From NCBI GenBank assembly GCA_973895155.1, contig OZ316895.1, positions 8,916,184 through 8,980,183 on the forward strand: a DNA stretch of 64,000 nucleotides, written 5' to 3'. Source of the stretch: Marsupella aquatica. Its lineage: Eukaryota > Plantae > Marchantiophyta. Each line of letters opens with the position of its first letter. The first letter of the stretch is position 1. Shown here one piece after another: positions 62,416-64,000 of this stretch. A program made the position numbers and the translations under genes. Below the pieces are notes generated by a model. That model was not told the origin of the DNA. It did no database searches and saw only the letters and a list, made by a program, of their open reading frames with translations.

Positions 62416-64000
62416 ATGAATGAGAAGAGCTCAGAAGCGGCTGAGTTTGGGGAGAGTGCAACAATGAGCGTCGATCCTGACAACACTGGGAGGCCCGGGG
62501 GCGCGAGTTTGGCATTGACCGTGATGACATTCAACCTGCACCGGGACAAGCCAACGGATGGACCGAACTCGTGGGAGCACCGGCGGGACCTCTGCGCGAA
62601 TCTCATCGATCAATTCGCTCCTCTCGTCGTCTGCACCCAAGAAGGTTTCCGAATTCCTCCTCTCCACTATTCTGGGTGTCATGATGTCCATGCTGATTTC
62701 TGGCCGGGCCTTTGTGACTCAAGCTCAGAAACTTAGTTTTATTCGAAATTGGGACTCGTTTGTAGGTCTCTATTTATGTTGGAGAGAAACATCAATGAGA
62801 TCATTTGCAACTTAGCTACTGGAGACTCGCAGGCTAGTTTAGGGTCGTGGTTTTGTCACTCAGGCTCCAATGCTGGCCGTGCGTGCCGCATTGGATTGCG
62901 TTTTTGTAGCCATTGTCTCCTAACTCCATGGAATGCCGTTGGGAGTACAGGATTGAAATCTCAACTGGAGGATTTGGCGACTGCACTACCTGGTGCATTT
63001 CTTTCCTTACAAGATTCATGCTGTGAAATTGCATTTCGAAGCTTTACCCAACAATGAAAGTGTTAATTAACATATGCTGCTACTTATTTAACTTTATTCC
63101 GTTCTGTTTGGCTCGTGGTCTGCTGCACCGTCCAGGTTACGAGCAGTTTGGGATGTCCAGGAAAGGCCCAAGTGACCCAAACGAGGAGCATTGTGCCATA
63201 TTGTACGCCGCAGACAAGGTACCTTTCTCCATATTCTCGTGGCACCTCACTTTTAAGGATTTGTGGTAGACTACAGGAAGGAGCGATAATGAGGTTTGGG
63301 GATTCTGCTCACGCGATTTCACTGGTTTTTAGGTGGAGAAGATGGATGGAGGAACCTTCTGGCTGTCAGAGTCACCTGAAGTGCCCGACAGCAACTCGTG
63401 GAAAGCTGAACATCCATGCATTGCAACGTGGGTTATATCCTTGAAACACTGTTAGTCTTAAATGTTCTCGTTCAATACGCTTAGTTTTCGGTGGTCTCGA
63501 GGCTATTGCAGTAAGCTGTTGCCGGCACCCTGAGGAAAAACTCCCCAGGATATGCAAATTCAACGTAGTTCAGTAAGGACGTCCCTATTATCGTATACGT
63601 TTTCTATATCGGGTTTACTTTCTACTGCAACCCTCCTTTCCCTATCATGTGACTCGAGGGAGGATGTTGCAAGTGACGATTTGTAGCATCTGGCACATAT
63701 TCAAAAGTGTATACTTTCTTCTTCTGATGATGACATTGAAACGTTTGTGGCGAAAACATTGTTATGGAGTCAAGTTATGGACTCACCTTTGTGCATTGTT
63801 GGACTTGACCGAGTTTTCCACACATTCCAATTGAAGGGAGTGCAGCAACCAGAGTTTGCATTTCAAATTCTTAGCACTCATTTGGACCGCAACAGTTCCC
63901 GAGCCCGTCGTCGTGGTGCTCTGCTGATATGGCAACACATTGCAACGCTGCCACCGAGCTTGCCAGTAATCTTCTGTGGATCTTTTGAAACGGTTAAGGA
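62416..64000 (+). CDS. Endonuclease/exonuclease/phosphatase (EEP, DNase I-like) family protein, multi-exon, truncated by the window end
   Basis: LTVMTFNL, NSWEHRRDLC, VCTQEGLKSQLEDL, YEQFGMSRKGP..EEHCAILY, GGTFWLSESPEVP, HPCIATW, STHLD..RARRRGALLIWQHI..LPVIFCG across GT-AG introns. Confidence 0.92.

Noticed and set aside
61526-62530. 334-aa minus-strand ORF
   Set aside because: Ser/Arg/Pro-rich with no motif, antisense to the first exon and 5' region of the EEP gene; probably a shadow ORF.

Overview
Eukaryotic land-plant genomic DNA, probably a bryophyte (inferred from protein resemblance and short GT-AG introns). Host genes: a complete multi-exon plastid pyruvate,orthophosphate dikinase (PPDK, minus strand, 8694-16096), a SEN1/senataxin-like helicase of the MAGATAMA3 type (46451-51955), an EEP/DNase-I-like gene running off the right edge (from 62416), and a probable small 3-TM orphan gene (41157-41576). 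Most intergenic DNA is transposon-derived. The most notable structure is a three-level nest upstream of PPDK. A non-autonomous CACTA-ended element (18129-28403) contains a PIF/Harbinger-superfamily (Pangu-like, AAT TSD) transposon (18644-27501). That transposon carries a decayed DDE transposase, a convergent Myb/SANT-like ORF2 and an unexpected intact third ORF resembling the RPA70 C-terminal OB-fold/zinc-ribbon. ORF2 is split by a 3.6 kb TG...CA insertion (GAAAT TSD) that looks like a solo LTR with a ~580-codon ORF inside. Also present: a MULE with a 10-bp TSD, a MITE with an 8-bp TSD, a CRE-clade non-LTR retrotransposon inside a probable Helitron, a G-rich TTTAGGG-containing minisatellite and several foldbacks. 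Family assignments come from motif recognition only; no searches were run.
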